A stretch of 64,000 bases of DNA, taken from Arenicellales bacterium. GTDB lineage: Bacteria; Pseudomonadota; Gammaproteobacteria; Arenicellales; JAJDZL01. Of the stretch, positions 47,822-56,547 are shown in pieces. The notes below the pieces were generated by a model, which had not been told where the DNA came from, searched no databases, and was given only the letters and a program-made list of their open reading frames with translations. The stretch spans positions 1,911,015 to 1,975,014 of the forward strand of contig OZ253563.1 of NCBI GenBank assembly GCA_965262855.1, read 5' to 3'. The first letter of the stretch is position 1; every line of letters begins with the position of its first letter. The position numbers and the translations under genes are program-made.

Positions 47822-48735
47822 CTCCGAACTCTCCCCGAAATATTGGCGCCTCCGTCAGGGCGAGACTTACCCTGCGTGCCCGAAAGCGAAAGGAAAACGT
47901 CCAGCTCGTGCTTACTCACTACGCCATTGAACGACTTCTTTATCGACTCAGCCTCTCCGACTATAGCAGCCAATTTGTACTGAAAGGTGCAATGCTGGTC
48001 AAACTTTGGACTTCTGCGCCCTATCGAACCACCGCAGATCTTGATTTGCTGGGATTCGGTGACGACGCACCGGAACGTATCTGCGCCGTGTTCCGAAATA
48101 TATGCGTTCTTGAGGTGCCGAATGACGGTGTCATATTTAAACCGGAAACATTGGAGGCGGTAACTACTCGCATCGAGGTAGAATATGGCGGTATCCGACT
48201 TACTATGATCGCCGAAATAGCCGCTGCGCAATTGCCTGTCCGAATCGACGTCGGCTTCGGCGATGTCGTAACACCGAGTGTGCGGGAAATCGATTATCCC
48301 TCAATGCTTGGCATGCCGGCACCAAGGTTGCGGGCCTATCCACCAGAGACAGTCATCGCCGAAAAATTCCAAGCACTGGTCTTTCTTGGCATGTCGAACA
48401 GCCGGATTAAAGACATGTTCGACCTCTGGACGATTTCGGAGACATTTTCATTCGATGGGAACATTGTTGCCGATGCAATACGCGCCACCTTCGAACGACG
48501 CCACACAGCAATTCCAACAGTAAAACCGATCGCACTGACAGCAGCTTTTTCCCAAGATGCCGAGAAACAGGCACAATGGCGAGGATTTCTGCGTCGGACT
48601 GCGATCACGACACCACCAGGTTCGTTTGCGGAATTACAGAGCAAGGTCGCGGATTTCGTCCTGCCGCCTACCGAAGCTCTCTCTGCCGGCAATACGTTCG
48701 ACCGAAAATGGGAGGCTGGCAACCGCTGGCGATAA
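47818..48735 (+). CDS. abiEii: AbiEii/AbiGii nucleotidyltransferase toxin
   Basis: 305 aa; ..YAIERLLYRLS..FVLKGAMLV..RTTADLDLLG (DUF1814 NTase core). Confidence 0.8.
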   Translation: MTPNSPRNIGASVRARLTLRARKRKENVQLVLTHYAIERLLYRLSLSDYSSQFVLKGAMLVKLWTSAPYRTTADLDLLGFGDDAPERICAVFRNICVLEVPNDGVIFKPETLEAVTTRIEVEYGGIRLTMIAEIAAAQLPVRIDVGFGDVVTPSVREIDYPSMLGMPAPRLRAYPPETVIAEKFQALVFLGMSNSRIKDMFDLWTISETFSFDGNIVADAIRATFERRHTAIPTVKPIALTAAFSQDAEKQAQWRGFLRRTAITTPPGSFAELQSKVADFVLPPTEALSAGNTFDRKWEAGNRWR

Positions 48736-48774
48736 GGAAAGTATATGATGTAAAGAAGTGTCTAGCGGAATTGA

Positions 48775-49425
48775 AAAATACCACAAAATGCATTCATACT
48801 CAGAATCTCGCACACCGAAACCGCACTAAATGTAGCTCTTTCCCACAATCACATTTGTATCGGGTGGCCCGGAGAACCGGAATTGCTTGTATGTGATCTA
48901 CCTCTAGATGATTTTCGAGAGATCGTCCGGGAACACTGCTATCCTGATGACGAAAAATTGAGGAGAGTTGACCAAGCAGTTGGTAAACTTTGGCAATTTA
49001 TAAGGGATATGAAGGAAGAAGATCTAGTAGCGGTTCCGAGCGGACAGGGGTTTTACGTTGCAAGGGTATCAGGTCCTGCAACGCATGATGAATTGCAAGT
49101 CGAAAATGGCACCGCATGCTGTCGTCAAGTTGAGTGGTTGAACAATGGGCAATCTATTCCTCGAATTTTTGCCAAATTCGAGCTGATTTCCAGAATGAAA
49201 TCCAAAGGTACCTCTGCGAATGCCGGGGGTCTGGTTGGAGACATCAAAGACTGCCTGACATTGGCAGGTAGTGGTGACGAGCCGTCTTTTATTACGGACC
49301 TACAAAATGATCTGAAAAATATAACGCTCGAATCGTTACGATGTAGTCATATGAATTATCGACGCTTCGAAGAGCTAATTGAGACGGTGCTTCGCAGACT
49401 AGGAGCAGTTGACACAAGGAATTGA
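48775..49425 (+). pseudogene. Mrr-like restriction endonuclease, N-terminal domain only (no start codon, catalytic domain missing)
   Basis: ..ICIGWPGEPELLVCDLPLDDFREIVREHCYPDD..GKLWQFIRDMKEEDLVAVP..CRQVEWLN.. and the beginning of the catalytic domain (RRFEELIETVLRRLG), then a stop just upstream of the nrdJb' repeat. Confidence 0.55.
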
Positions 49426-49475
49426 AAAGAGTTCAGAGAAAGTAATGCTTGGAATCGTTATTACTTCTGGGAACT

Positions 49476-49777
49476 GCGGATATTTCAAAAAAGGCGGCAA
49501 ATTCACACCATCTCTGGTAGCCGAAATCGGCTCAGTCGTAGAAATGCACATGAAGCGGATCGGAATGATCACGGATGAACCACTGTCGGAACACACCAAA
49601 CGGATTCTTGAAGAAAAGAGGCTGGAATTTGAAAAGCGCATTAATGTTTCAATGGATGATTACGAGAGCAGTTTTCCGGATGGCGCTGAATTGTGTAATG
49701 TTTGCAGTACTCGGGCAATGGTGTATCTGGACGGTTGCATGACCTGTCTGAACTGCGGCGAATCCAAGTGCTCATAA
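49476..49777 (+). pseudogene. partial duplicate of the nrdJb 3' end (nrdJb')
   Basis: encodes ..GYFKKGGKFTPSLVAEIGSVVEMHMKRIGMITDEPL..CNVCSTRAMVYLDGCMTCLNCGESKCS; no upstream coding part. Confidence 0.9.
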
Positions 49778-49793
49778 CCCCCCTAGTGTCTTG

Positions 49794-50239
49794 TCATTCG
49801 TCAAGTGTCGGATCAAGACATTTCAGTTTGATACGCGCATCATCGGATGTGAATTGCCAGCCAACTTTTGCCTCCAATCCGTCTCTTTGTGACTACCACG
49901 CAGCAACTTCCCGACTTATGGTGACCGTTGCATCGATTCTCCGATTCCGGCACAGCCGTGCCATGACTCGAATCTCAACCTCCGCAACATTGAGCCAACT
50001 GCCGTCCATAGATATGGTTTCGCAGCTAAACTTTACATCTCCGCAAAAATTCAAGCGAAGTTCGGGGGGCACTGTTTAGAGTGCACAAGGCAAAGTAGTT
50101 TGACGTCGCTATCATCGGAATTCTTCCGACTCTCACATCGGCCTGTCGCTGGATCATTGAGACGCAGTTGACCACAATTGAGTACGACCACGAAGTACTG
50201 GTTACTCAATCGATTCGATTGCGAATCCTCAGCCGGCAA
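49794..50239 (-). pseudogene. IS630 family transposase, C-terminal remnant
   Basis: ..KFSCETISMDGSWLNVAEVEIRVMARLCRNRRIDATVTISREVAAW*SQRDGLEAKVGWQFTSDDARIKLKCLDP matches the family C-terminus; stops and frameshifts present. Confidence 0.65.
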
Positions 50240-50267
50240 GAGATACGGCCTGGATCAGAATTCTTAT

Positions 50268-51281
50268 TCAATGTCGCTGTAGATTGTTCTGAATCTGCTC
50301 GACTTGTTTGCGACTCATTCCGGTATATTGACAAATCCTACTGATTTCCATCCCATCGCGAATCAAATTTTCGGCGATTTTTTCCGAAGCTTTTTTCTCT
50401 CCCTCTTTCACGCCTTTTTTCAGCCCTTGTTCCAAACCTTGTTCCAAACCTTGTTCCATGCCTTGTTCCATGCCCTCATTTTTAATTTCGTCAAATAAAG
50501 ATAACATCAATCGTTTCCCCTTCGGTAATGCTTGCTCTTCAATTTGAGCTATGGTTTCGTAACTAATGCGCTTGTTGTGGGACTGCAGATAGTTTACCAC
50601 CATTGGCAGCAACCGATTCCGTTTTTCATCGCTCAAACCTTTTGCCAGTCGAAACACCTTTTCGAACGTTCCCTCATCGGCATCCCATACCTTCGACAGC
50701 GCGTAAAGCACCACCTCAGAATCCATGCCAGCGGCGCGTCTTTGTGCAATGACCTCATGCAAATTCACCATCTTGCACCTGAAATTCAAAAAATACCCAC
50801 CCCATTCACGTTGCAGGTGATCGGATACCGGCTGCAAGCTCAGTTGGAACTCCAAGGGTCCTGACCAATTGGGCTTTTTACCGTTGTAGATGATCATCGG
50901 CAGCACCCGGCATTGTTTGCCTTCTCGTAAATACAGCGACGTCTGATAGCCCAGCAGTTGCATCAGCGCGTTGGAGTCCGAGGCGCTTTTGTGCTCCAGC
51001 AAAAAAATGAACTTGGTGGAGGAGTTATCCTCCTTGGTGTTGACCGAAAAGATCAAGTCGGCGAACTTCTCGCGCCCGGCTTGATCGATCACAGAACTGG
51101 AATCCATATTCAGGGTCGGCCAGTTGAACTCGTTGTTGGTGGCCTCGTCAAAGACGATTTCGAACAGTTCCCGGCTCAAGTCGTCCACCCCGTCCTCACG
51201 ATGATAGGTGAACTTGAATAGATTATCGTGAGTCGGTTCGATAGAAAGATCTGGGGGTGATTGGGAGGTCTGCTTGGCCAT
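50268..51281 (-). CDS. Rpn/YhgA-like PD-(D/E)XK nuclease / putative transposase (third paralogue)
   Basis: 337 aa from the ATG at 51281; HDNLFKFTY.., ADLIFSV..FIFLLEHKSASD, MEQG/LEQG repeat tract, C-terminal HTH-like tail. Confidence 0.8.
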   Translation of the reverse strand: MAKQTSQSPPDLSIEPTHDNLFKFTYHREDGVDDLSRELFEIVFDEATNNEFNWPTLNMDSSSVIDQAGREKFADLIFSVNTKEDNSSTKFIFLLEHKSASDSNALMQLLGYQTSLYLREGKQCRVLPMIIYNGKKPNWSGPLEFQLSLQPVSDHLQREWGGYFLNFRCKMVNLHEVIAQRRAAGMDSEVVLYALSKVWDADEGTFEKVFRLAKGLSDEKRNRLLPMVVNYLQSHNKRISYETIAQIEEQALPKGKRLMLSLFDEIKNEGMEQGMEQGLEQGLEQGLKKGVKEGEKKASEKIAENLIRDGMEISRICQYTGMSRKQVEQIQNNLQRH

Positions 51282-51659
51282 GGTTGCCACTCCGGGTGTA
51301 CGTTGCACATGTTGATCAAGTGTCTCGAACCGCTTCGCGATTCGAACAACTTGAACCTTATCTGAACTCGTCAACTGCACAGGCCGTGCGGGCCGGGGTT
51401 GCGAATTCTCGGGGTAACTTAACCCAATCGCATGAAAAGTCAAGCGAATAATGGAAATTGCTCGTGATGAGTTTTTTGTGCCCGTACTTCCATACCGCTA
51501 CGCGGATCCAACAATGTCCAGTAGACTTCAAACAGTTCCTGAAGTCTATTGGCTGGAGACAAAATAATTCCCGATATGAATTTGGAAACTGATCGCAGTG
51601 ATTGATTCGGAGAGCTTCGCCTTTTGAGGGTGTTGTGAGGATTTGACTGCTGGGTGCAG

Positions 51660-52102
51660 GCATCACCCTCTCAATGCGCTGCCAAGGCTTGCTTTCGTTA
51701 TTTTCAGTCCCGCCCGCACCGTCTCGCAAGAAATCTTGTTGATATAGTCGAACTCAACCGCACGCTGCACCAACAGCCACAACGCCTATTGTGAATACGC
51801 ACTGCTGCTGAGCGCAAACCATGGGGGCTTCAATTTTAGCGTCCGCCTTGCACTCGTAAAAACACTGCTTGCCCTGCTGACCGCCGAGCGCTATTTCACC
51901 CGACCCACCTTGCGCGGCGAATCTGCAGCACATCGGCTATGGTTTCATCAAACCTTGGCGGTTCATTGATTTCACCCGCGGAGCTGTTCAGCTAAATCAA
52001 CGCATTGAGCGCTTTCTGTGATGAATACGAACCGTTCCCCACAATCTCTCCATGCTGATTGCGTTCCGATTTCCGTCGTGCTGCCACGTAACGTTTGTTC
52101 AT
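51660..52102 (-). pseudogene. IS630 family transposase, N-terminal remnant
   Basis: MNKRYVAARRKSERNQHGEIVGNGSYSSQKALNALI*L.. and ..WLLVQRAVEFDYINKISCETVRAGLK (HTH regions) with stops and frameshifts. Confidence 0.5.
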
Positions 52103-52181
52103 TTGTAAATCCTCGTCGTTCAATCTGGCAACAACGAGAATCGATTGGAATTGATACAACATTACATAGTTGACACGATAC

Positions 52182-52232
52182 TAGGTTGAGAATTTTCAAA
52201 AACTCAGCGTTTCATTTCACTGATTCTAATCG
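52182..52232 (+). repeat. continuation of nrdJb-flank repeat copy B
   Basis: TAGGTTGAGAATTTTCAAAAACTCAGCGTTTCATTTCACTGATTCT versus 45822-45868 TACGTTGAGAATATCTCAAATACTGATCGTTTCATTTCACTGATTCT. Confidence 0.8.
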
Positions 52233-52320
52233 GAAAATTCGCCAAAGGGGTTGTGCTAAGAAAATTAAGGGCATTATCAAGAATTAAATGCTTTCAATAC
52301 AAGCATCTAGTGAAAAGAGA

Positions 52321-54553
52321 CAGGGCGAATTTTTGTTCAGTTCAACTGTATGATATGAAATAAATAGCGTCTGATACTGGACTTTTCTGATTGATTCGTG
52401 TATGGTTCAGCCAACTGAAGTTGAACTGAAACGGTGAGAGATGAATTTGTCGGAGTTGGTCATCGTACCGGTCAGACGCGACGAGGAGGAGAAATTCCTT
52501 GCGCTGATGCGGCAGCATCACTATCTTGGCGCCCCGCACAAGATCGGTGAGAGCGCGTTTTATGCCGCGGTTTTGCAGGGCCGATGGGTTGCGCTGAGTT
52601 CATTTTATGCGGCGGCCCTGAAAAGCCGCGCCCGAGATGAGTGGCTCGGCTGGCACCCAAGAGACCGTGGCGCAAGACTGCACCTGATCACCAACCAGAG
52701 CAGATTCCTCATTCTGGAGCCGATTGCGAATCTCGCATCCCGCACTTTATCGTTGCTGGCCAAGCGTGTCGTCAAGGACTGGCCGGTGCGATTCGGACAC
52801 CCGGTGCTGCTGATGGAGACTTTCGTTGACCCGCAGCGCTTTGCCGGAACCTGTTATCGCGCGGAGAACTGGATACAGATCGGGCAGACGGCCGGCTATC
52901 GGCGACAACGCCGCGGCTACCGACAAGGCTCATCACCGAAGCTGATGTTTGTGCGCCCGCTTCGGTCAGATGCGCGCCGGTTGCTCGGTGGCGCACATCT
53001 TGATTCCCACTATTTCCCGAAAGGAGTTTGCAGGAAAATGTATACGGACGCGGATTTCAAGTCATTGCTGGATTATTTCTCACACATTGAGGACCCGCGC
53101 GGGCGTCGCGGGCGGCGCTATCGCCTCGGGACACTGCTGGCCATTGCGGCGGCAGCCACAGTTTGCGGTGCGCGCGGCTATCAGGAGATGGGCGAATGGG
53201 TACAGGCGCAGTCAGAAAAGGTGCTTCGTCATTTCAGGGTTGGATTGCGGCGTGGCAAAGTCCAGCGTCCAAGCGTGTATTGCATCCGCGAGGCGCTGGT
53301 CAGAACCGACCCCGGGCAGTTCGATGACGCGCTTCGCAAATGGTGCATATCGATTGACGGCTGCGATGAGGCGATTGCGATCGATGGCAAGACGATGAAA
53401 GGAGCGGTTGACGGGAACAATCGCCAGATTCATGTGCTGGGCGCCTGTGGGCATCAAAGTCGCATGCATCTGGCAAAAAAAAAGATGAGGCTTGACTCGG
53501 ACGGGAGTGAGGAGCAAAAGTACACCAACGAGATCGGCGCGTGCATCCCGTTGCTGAAATCGATTGATGACCTCAATGGCAAAGTGATCACCGCTGATGC
53601 GCTGTTGACGCAGCATGCGATTGCGAGCTATATTCTCAGCCGGGGCGGGCACTATATGTTTATTCTCAAGAACAACCAGAAAGATCTCACTGGCGAGGTG
53701 AGTATTCATTTTACCGATCTGCTTCGACTCAGACCGGATACTGAAGCTGACTTTGTCACCCGCACCGGTGACGCGACCGATGCAGGGAAAAAGGTGCCCA
53801 AGGTCCAGCATGGACGTCATGAGATCCGCGAAATCCGGGTCAGCGACAATGCCGAACTGATGGCGTATCTGAATCGCGAGTCGAAATTTCCGGACATCGC
53901 GCAGATATTCCGCATTCGTCGCACGATTGACCACTACCGGCGTGGCGAGGTAACCAAGACGACGCAGGAAACCGTTGTCGGGATCACCTCACTGCAAGCC
54001 GCTCAGGCTGATCCGAAGACTTTGCTGGGGCTCAACCGCGGCCATTGGACCATTGAATCGAATCATCGCATTTTGGACGACTCAAACACCTGGCACGAGG
54101 ATCACCTTCTGATTCGCACCGGGCATGGACCGGAAAACGTCACGGCACTTCGCCGATTTGCGATCTCGGTGATCAGACGGCACGCAGAATCAGTTGCGCC
54201 GACGATGCGCAAATTGCGCACCAACGCACGTTTGCTCCTGGATTATCTGGGCCTGGCCGGGAACACGCGACGCAGGGGTCGGCGTTCGCCGATCACCGGG
54301 GCCGTATGTCGATGACCCACCGAATTGTGATTGCGAAAAATCGTTGTTCGGCAACAGCCGAAACAGGAAAAATCCGTACTCCCATAGGACAGTTCACTGA
54401 AAGAATACTGAAAATCGGTTGCGGCATCACCTGAAGCGGTTCAAATCAGGCACAGTGCATGGTTTCATGCCAGTGGCCTGAACATACTTGTGATCCATAG
54501 GCTAAAATCACGAGTCGATGGCGTTCGGTTAGCGTGACAAAAAATTTGCCTTG
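52321..54553 (+). mobile_element. ISAs1-type insertion sequence encoding a DUF4338-DDE fusion transposase (complete copy)
   Basis: imperfect inverted ends CAGGGCGAATTTTTGTTCAG / CAAGGCAAATTTTTTGTCAC; 10-bp target duplication TGAAAAGAGA (52311-52320 and 54554-54563). Confidence 0.9.
52441..54315 (+). CDS. transposase with N-terminal DUF4338 (DruA-like) module fused to an ISAs1/H-repeat DDE domain
   Basis: 624 aa; QHHYLGAP, DEWLGW, NQSRFLIL, NLASRTLSL, METFVDPQRFAGTCYRAENW, then the canonical ISAs1 sequence from MYTDADFKSLLDYFSHIEDPR. Confidence 0.85.
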   Translation: MNLSELVIVPVRRDEEEKFLALMRQHHYLGAPHKIGESAFYAAVLQGRWVALSSFYAAALKSRARDEWLGWHPRDRGARLHLITNQSRFLILEPIANLASRTLSLLAKRVVKDWPVRFGHPVLLMETFVDPQRFAGTCYRAENWIQIGQTAGYRRQRRGYRQGSSPKLMFVRPLRSDARRLLGGAHLDSHYFPKGVCRKMYTDADFKSLLDYFSHIEDPRGRRGRRYRLGTLLAIAAAATVCGARGYQEMGEWVQAQSEKVLRHFRVGLRRGKVQRPSVYCIREALVRTDPGQFDDALRKWCISIDGCDEAIAIDGKTMKGAVDGNNRQIHVLGACGHQSRMHLAKKKMRLDSDGSEEQKYTNEIGACIPLLKSIDDLNGKVITADALLTQHAIASYILSRGGHYMFILKNNQKDLTGEVSIHFTDLLRLRPDTEADFVTRTGDATDAGKKVPKVQHGRHEIREIRVSDNAELMAYLNRESKFPDIAQIFRIRRTIDHYRRGEVTKTTQETVVGITSLQAAQADPKTLLGLNRGHWTIESNHRILDDSNTWHEDHLLIRTGHGPENVTALRRFAISVIRRHAESVAPTMRKLRTNARLLLDYLGLAGNTRRRGRRSPITGAVCR

Positions 54554-54703
54554 TGAAAAGAGAGAAAACGCTTGGAAGACTGATACTAAGGCGGCTGAAT
54601 TTTTCATCAATTCTAGAGTGCCGGGTTTCCGACCGCCCGTGTGTTCTGATTGTAGGTTACCGATCATATTAAAACATGTCGAAATCGTTGGAAGTCATTA
54701 TGA

Positions 54704-55622
54704 TTATCGAAACAAATCTTCGAGTGCACCTCGCTGCACCGCATGCTTTTCGGGATTGTTGCGCTTCAGCTTCTCTAGATTCAACAACTTCCAACGTACT
54801 GCCGGGAGCACTGCTGCCTCAGGAAATCCAATTAGACTAAAATCCGGTTCGACATCGTGAAGGGAGAGCAGGAATGCGGCGATGTCACCCGTTAGACGCT
54901 GACTAATATCTGCATGGAGTCGCGTTCGCGTTTCCTCAAGAATATCCTTGCTTACGCTATCGCGTGTCATACCTGTGAATTCTTCATTAAACAATTCGTA
55001 ACGTGCTTGGGAGGCAGGCGCAAAGATGTTCATGCATTGGTCGACTAGAGCTCGCCACATAGACCATGAACACACTAAACAAATTCTCGGTTATTCCTTC
55101 GTTATCGTACAGAATCTTTACGTCAAACAAGTCGCGCGGATGCTGGCGGTCGAGAGTTGCGTGGAGTTTGCTACCATACACATCCTCAAAAGAGAGCACC
55201 TGAATTTCTGTAAATCCAAACCGATCAGTCACGGTACTGGACGCTACCATTGATACAGGCGGAATTACTGTGCCACGGATGACTGGAGAGGTTTCGATTT
55301 TTATCCGAGTTTTACCATCACTAACTGTAATGCGGTTGGTATTGCCCAAGCCAGTAAAATGTCTTGTCCGATAGCGCGAACTACGCTCGGTTATCCCTTT
55401 CGTGATCCGTTCGAACGTCTCATGAATATGCTTCTGAGTAGCACTAAATTCCTCAACCGGCAAGTAAGTGAGGTCAACGTCGACTGAAAGCCGCGGCATG
55501 TCACGATAGAAAAGGTTGATTGCAGTACCGCCCATTAATGCGAATACATCTTCTTTGGCAATGTGCGGCAACACATCTATTAGCAGACGAACTTGGTCTA
55601 TATAGCGTTCAAGCATCGACAT
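54704..55622 (-). pseudogene. AbiEii/AbiGii nucleotidyltransferase toxin, frameshifted
   Basis: N-terminal 211-aa ORF (..MGGTAINLFYRDMPRLSVDVDLTYLP..) and C-terminal 123-aa ORF overlap in different frames at 54987-55075. Confidence 0.75.
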
Positions 55623-56484
55623 CTTTCCCGGAATCCGCTACTGACATAAAATCAGTTGGTACATAAATTTTATAGGTAGGATGAAGTTTTCCACCTTCAA
55701 CGAGTGCTCGTGGACCGGAACCAAAATCGATTTTCGATGTATTAATGTACTTGCGCCATGCATGTTGGTGGCGATCGGCGAAGACAAAGAATAACCGGCG
55801 AACTTTTACACTTCGGCACACTGATAGCAGTGTAGTCAGCTGCTCGGGACGCAATGAAACCAAACCTTCAAAAATCATGTCGAGGTAATGAAAACTCGCG
55901 TTTTTCGGCAGCTCATCCAGCGCCTCAAGAATTGCTCGCTCTGGGGACGATGCGCTGATTGGCCAGCGCCAGACATTGATTGCTGGCCTCAGATCCTCTT
56001 CTGAGCTTTCATGTTGGAAATCTCGAGCTGAGTCGATGATCCCAGTTAAGTCATCACCGAACAATGAACGATGATGCACAACAATTTTGGTTTCAGTTGG
56101 GATACGCTTGAACCAAGGAGGCACGTCACCATATACATGAGCTTGGGGTTCATGTCCAAGAAAAAGGTAGTGGGAAAAACCTGCCAGTTGGAGTGCGCTC
56201 TCACCGCCTAGATGAACAGCATAGTTCATAATCCGTTGTAAAGAGAGCAAAGCAACCTGCCATGCGGTATTGGAATTCTCATGCACACCTTCCGGGAGTG
56301 TGCGGCGGTATACCCCCCGGATAACGCGGTCTAGCCAGCCATACACGACATAGTTGTGTATGGACTTGGGGTCGATGCCCTGACTTTTGAGCCATGATGC
56401 ATCAACCATAAAGCCGGGTGGAACTTTATTCAACAATGGTTTTAGTCTTGGTTTTCTTTTATGATACGTAACCATTAAAATCAC
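55609..56484 (-). CDS. type IV TA system antitoxin AbiEi-family protein
   Basis: 291 aa; ..GWLDRVIRGVYRR.. wHTH-type N-terminus, 14-nt overlap with the toxin gene. Confidence 0.7.
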   Translation of the reverse strand: MILMVTYHKRKPRLKPLLNKVPPGFMVDASWLKSQGIDPKSIHNYVVYGWLDRVIRGVYRRTLPEGVHENSNTAWQVALLSLQRIMNYAVHLGGESALQLAGFSHYLFLGHEPQAHVYGDVPPWFKRIPTETKIVVHHRSLFGDDLTGIIDSARDFQHESSEEDLRPAINVWRWPISASSPERAILEALDELPKNASFHYLDMIFEGLVSLRPEQLTTLLSVCRSVKVRRLFFVFADRHQHAWRKYINTSKIDFGSGPRALVEGGKLHPTYKIYVPTDFMSVADSGKDVDA

Positions 56485-56532
56485 ACATATTTAAAATCAA
56501 TTCAAGATATATTTTGATTTATTCTATATTAT

Positions 56533-56547
56533 ATGGCATAATGCCAT
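56533..56547. promoter_or_regulatory. candidate operator palindrome ATGGCAT-A-ATGCCAT upstream of the second AbiE locus
   Basis: perfect 7-1-7 palindrome about 50-60 nt upstream of the AbiEi-like start; AbiEi proteins are known autorepressors that bind inverted repeats. Confidence 0.3.

Larger units (their letters stand above)
49786..52181 (-). mobile_element. IS630-family element, disrupted internally by an Rpn-gene segment
   Basis: flanked by TA (49784-85 and 52182-83); imperfect inverted ends GTGTCTTGTCA / GTATCGTGTCA; N- and C-terminal transposase remnants lie on the same strand. Confidence 0.65.

Noticed and set aside
45514-49777. Diversity-generating retroelement (TR/VR pair) as an explanation for the two nrdJb 3' copies
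   Set aside because: The mismatches are of all substitution types and concentrate at third-codon positions, not at adenines of one copy. No reverse transcriptase is nearby.
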